The translations under genes and the position numbers were made by a program. A DNA stretch of 64,000 nt from Scyliorhinus canicula (taxonomy: Eukaryota): contig NC_052174.1 in assembly GCF_902713615.1 (NCBI RefSeq), forward strand, positions 10,782,514 to 10,846,513. The letters run 5' to 3'. The notes under the pieces are model-generated. The model saw only the letters and a list, made by a program, of their open reading frames with translations, was not told the origin of the DNA and did not search any database. Below, piece after piece: positions 63,278 to 64,000 of the stretch. Each line of letters starts with the position of its first letter. Position 1 is the stretch's first letter.

Positions 63278-63490
63278 ATTGGTCTGGTTTCTTCTCACAT
63301 TGTGGATGACGGACAGACAGTCCTGATGCAATGTGTAAAAGTAGCTGCTTCAGAGAGAGGCAAAGGAGTTGGACGGCTGATGTACAAACACATTGTTGAG
63401 CTTGCAACAACAAGGTTCCCGCAGCTGAAGAAGCAAAGTTTTGTCACAGATCACAAGCTCGACAGAGGACTTTGTGTATTAGGCACACAG
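63278..63490 (+). CDS. NAT16: NAT16/HISAT-like copy B, acetyl-CoA-binding exon (IGLVSSHIVDDGQT...SERGKGVG...VLGTQ)
   Basis: tttccag acceptor, CAG|gtac donor; 213 nt open; intact ERGKGVG motif A. The terminal exon is presumably beyond the window. Confidence 0.92.
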
Positions 63491-63624
63491 GTACAATTCG
63501 CCTCCAGCTATACTCTCTCACCAGCTGCAATTCACTGGGTTTCACTATTGTCCGTGAACTGTAACGTTCTGGGTTTGTGATCCGACCAGAATTACATAAT
63601 TAAAACAAAAGCTAACATTTGCTG

Positions 63625-63992
63625 CCTGGGGAAAGCGGGCAGCATAATCAAAGACCCCTCCCACCCGGCTTACTCACTCTTCCAACTTCTTCCATCGGGC
63701 AGGAGATACAGAAGTCTGAGAACACGCACGAACAGACTCAAAAACAGCTTCTTCCCCGCTCTCACCAGACTCCTAAACGACCCCTTTATGGACTGACCTG
63801 ATTAATGCTATACCCCTGTATGCTTCACCCGATGCCGGTGTCGATATATTTACATTGTGTACCTGGTGTTGCCCTATTATGGGTATTTTCTTTTTTCTTT
63901 TCTTCCCATGCATTAAATGACCTGTTTCAGATGCTCGCAGAAGAATACTTTTCACTGTACCTCAGTACACGTGACAATAAACAAATCCAAAC
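63625..63992 (+). mobile_element. Rex1/Babar-type LINE 3' end
   Basis: KAGSIIKDPSHPAYSLFQLLPSGRRYRSLRTRTNRLKNSFFP; the same tail is on - at 42620-42830. Confidence 0.8.
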
Positions 63993-64000
63993 CAGTAAGG

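Larger units (their letters stand above)
44467..63612 (+). repeat. Segmental duplication unit B (NAT16-like)
   Basis: Direct-orientation paralog of unit A, expanded by additional TE insertions. Confidence 0.9.

Overview
Repeat-dense vertebrate genomic DNA, almost certainly an elasmobranch (inferred from abundant HE1/V-type tRNA SINEs, CR1/HER1 LINEs and Deu-domain SINEs), with one sized assembly gap at 46024-46162. Two host loci are readable. (1) Exons 2-4 and a probable exon 5 of TM4SF5 on + (4507-12378). (2) A rearranged tandem cluster of NAT16/histidine N-acetyltransferase (HISAT)-like GNAT genes. The cluster has two + strand copies (A: 28384-40859; B: 45247-63490) sharing a duplicated promoter and four phase-compatible open exons that start with an MGLSLS myristoylation-type N-terminus. 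It also has two head-to-head orphan, disabled copies of the NAT16 terminal exon (14624-15238 on -, 19940-20666 on +). Copy A has no visible terminal exon before copy B starts. The rest is nested mobile elements (CR1, L1, L2, RTE, Rex-Babar, Penelope, Gypsy and solo LTRs, Harbinger, hAT), SINEs and minisatellites. Family assignments come from recalled protein and repeat motifs, not from database searches.
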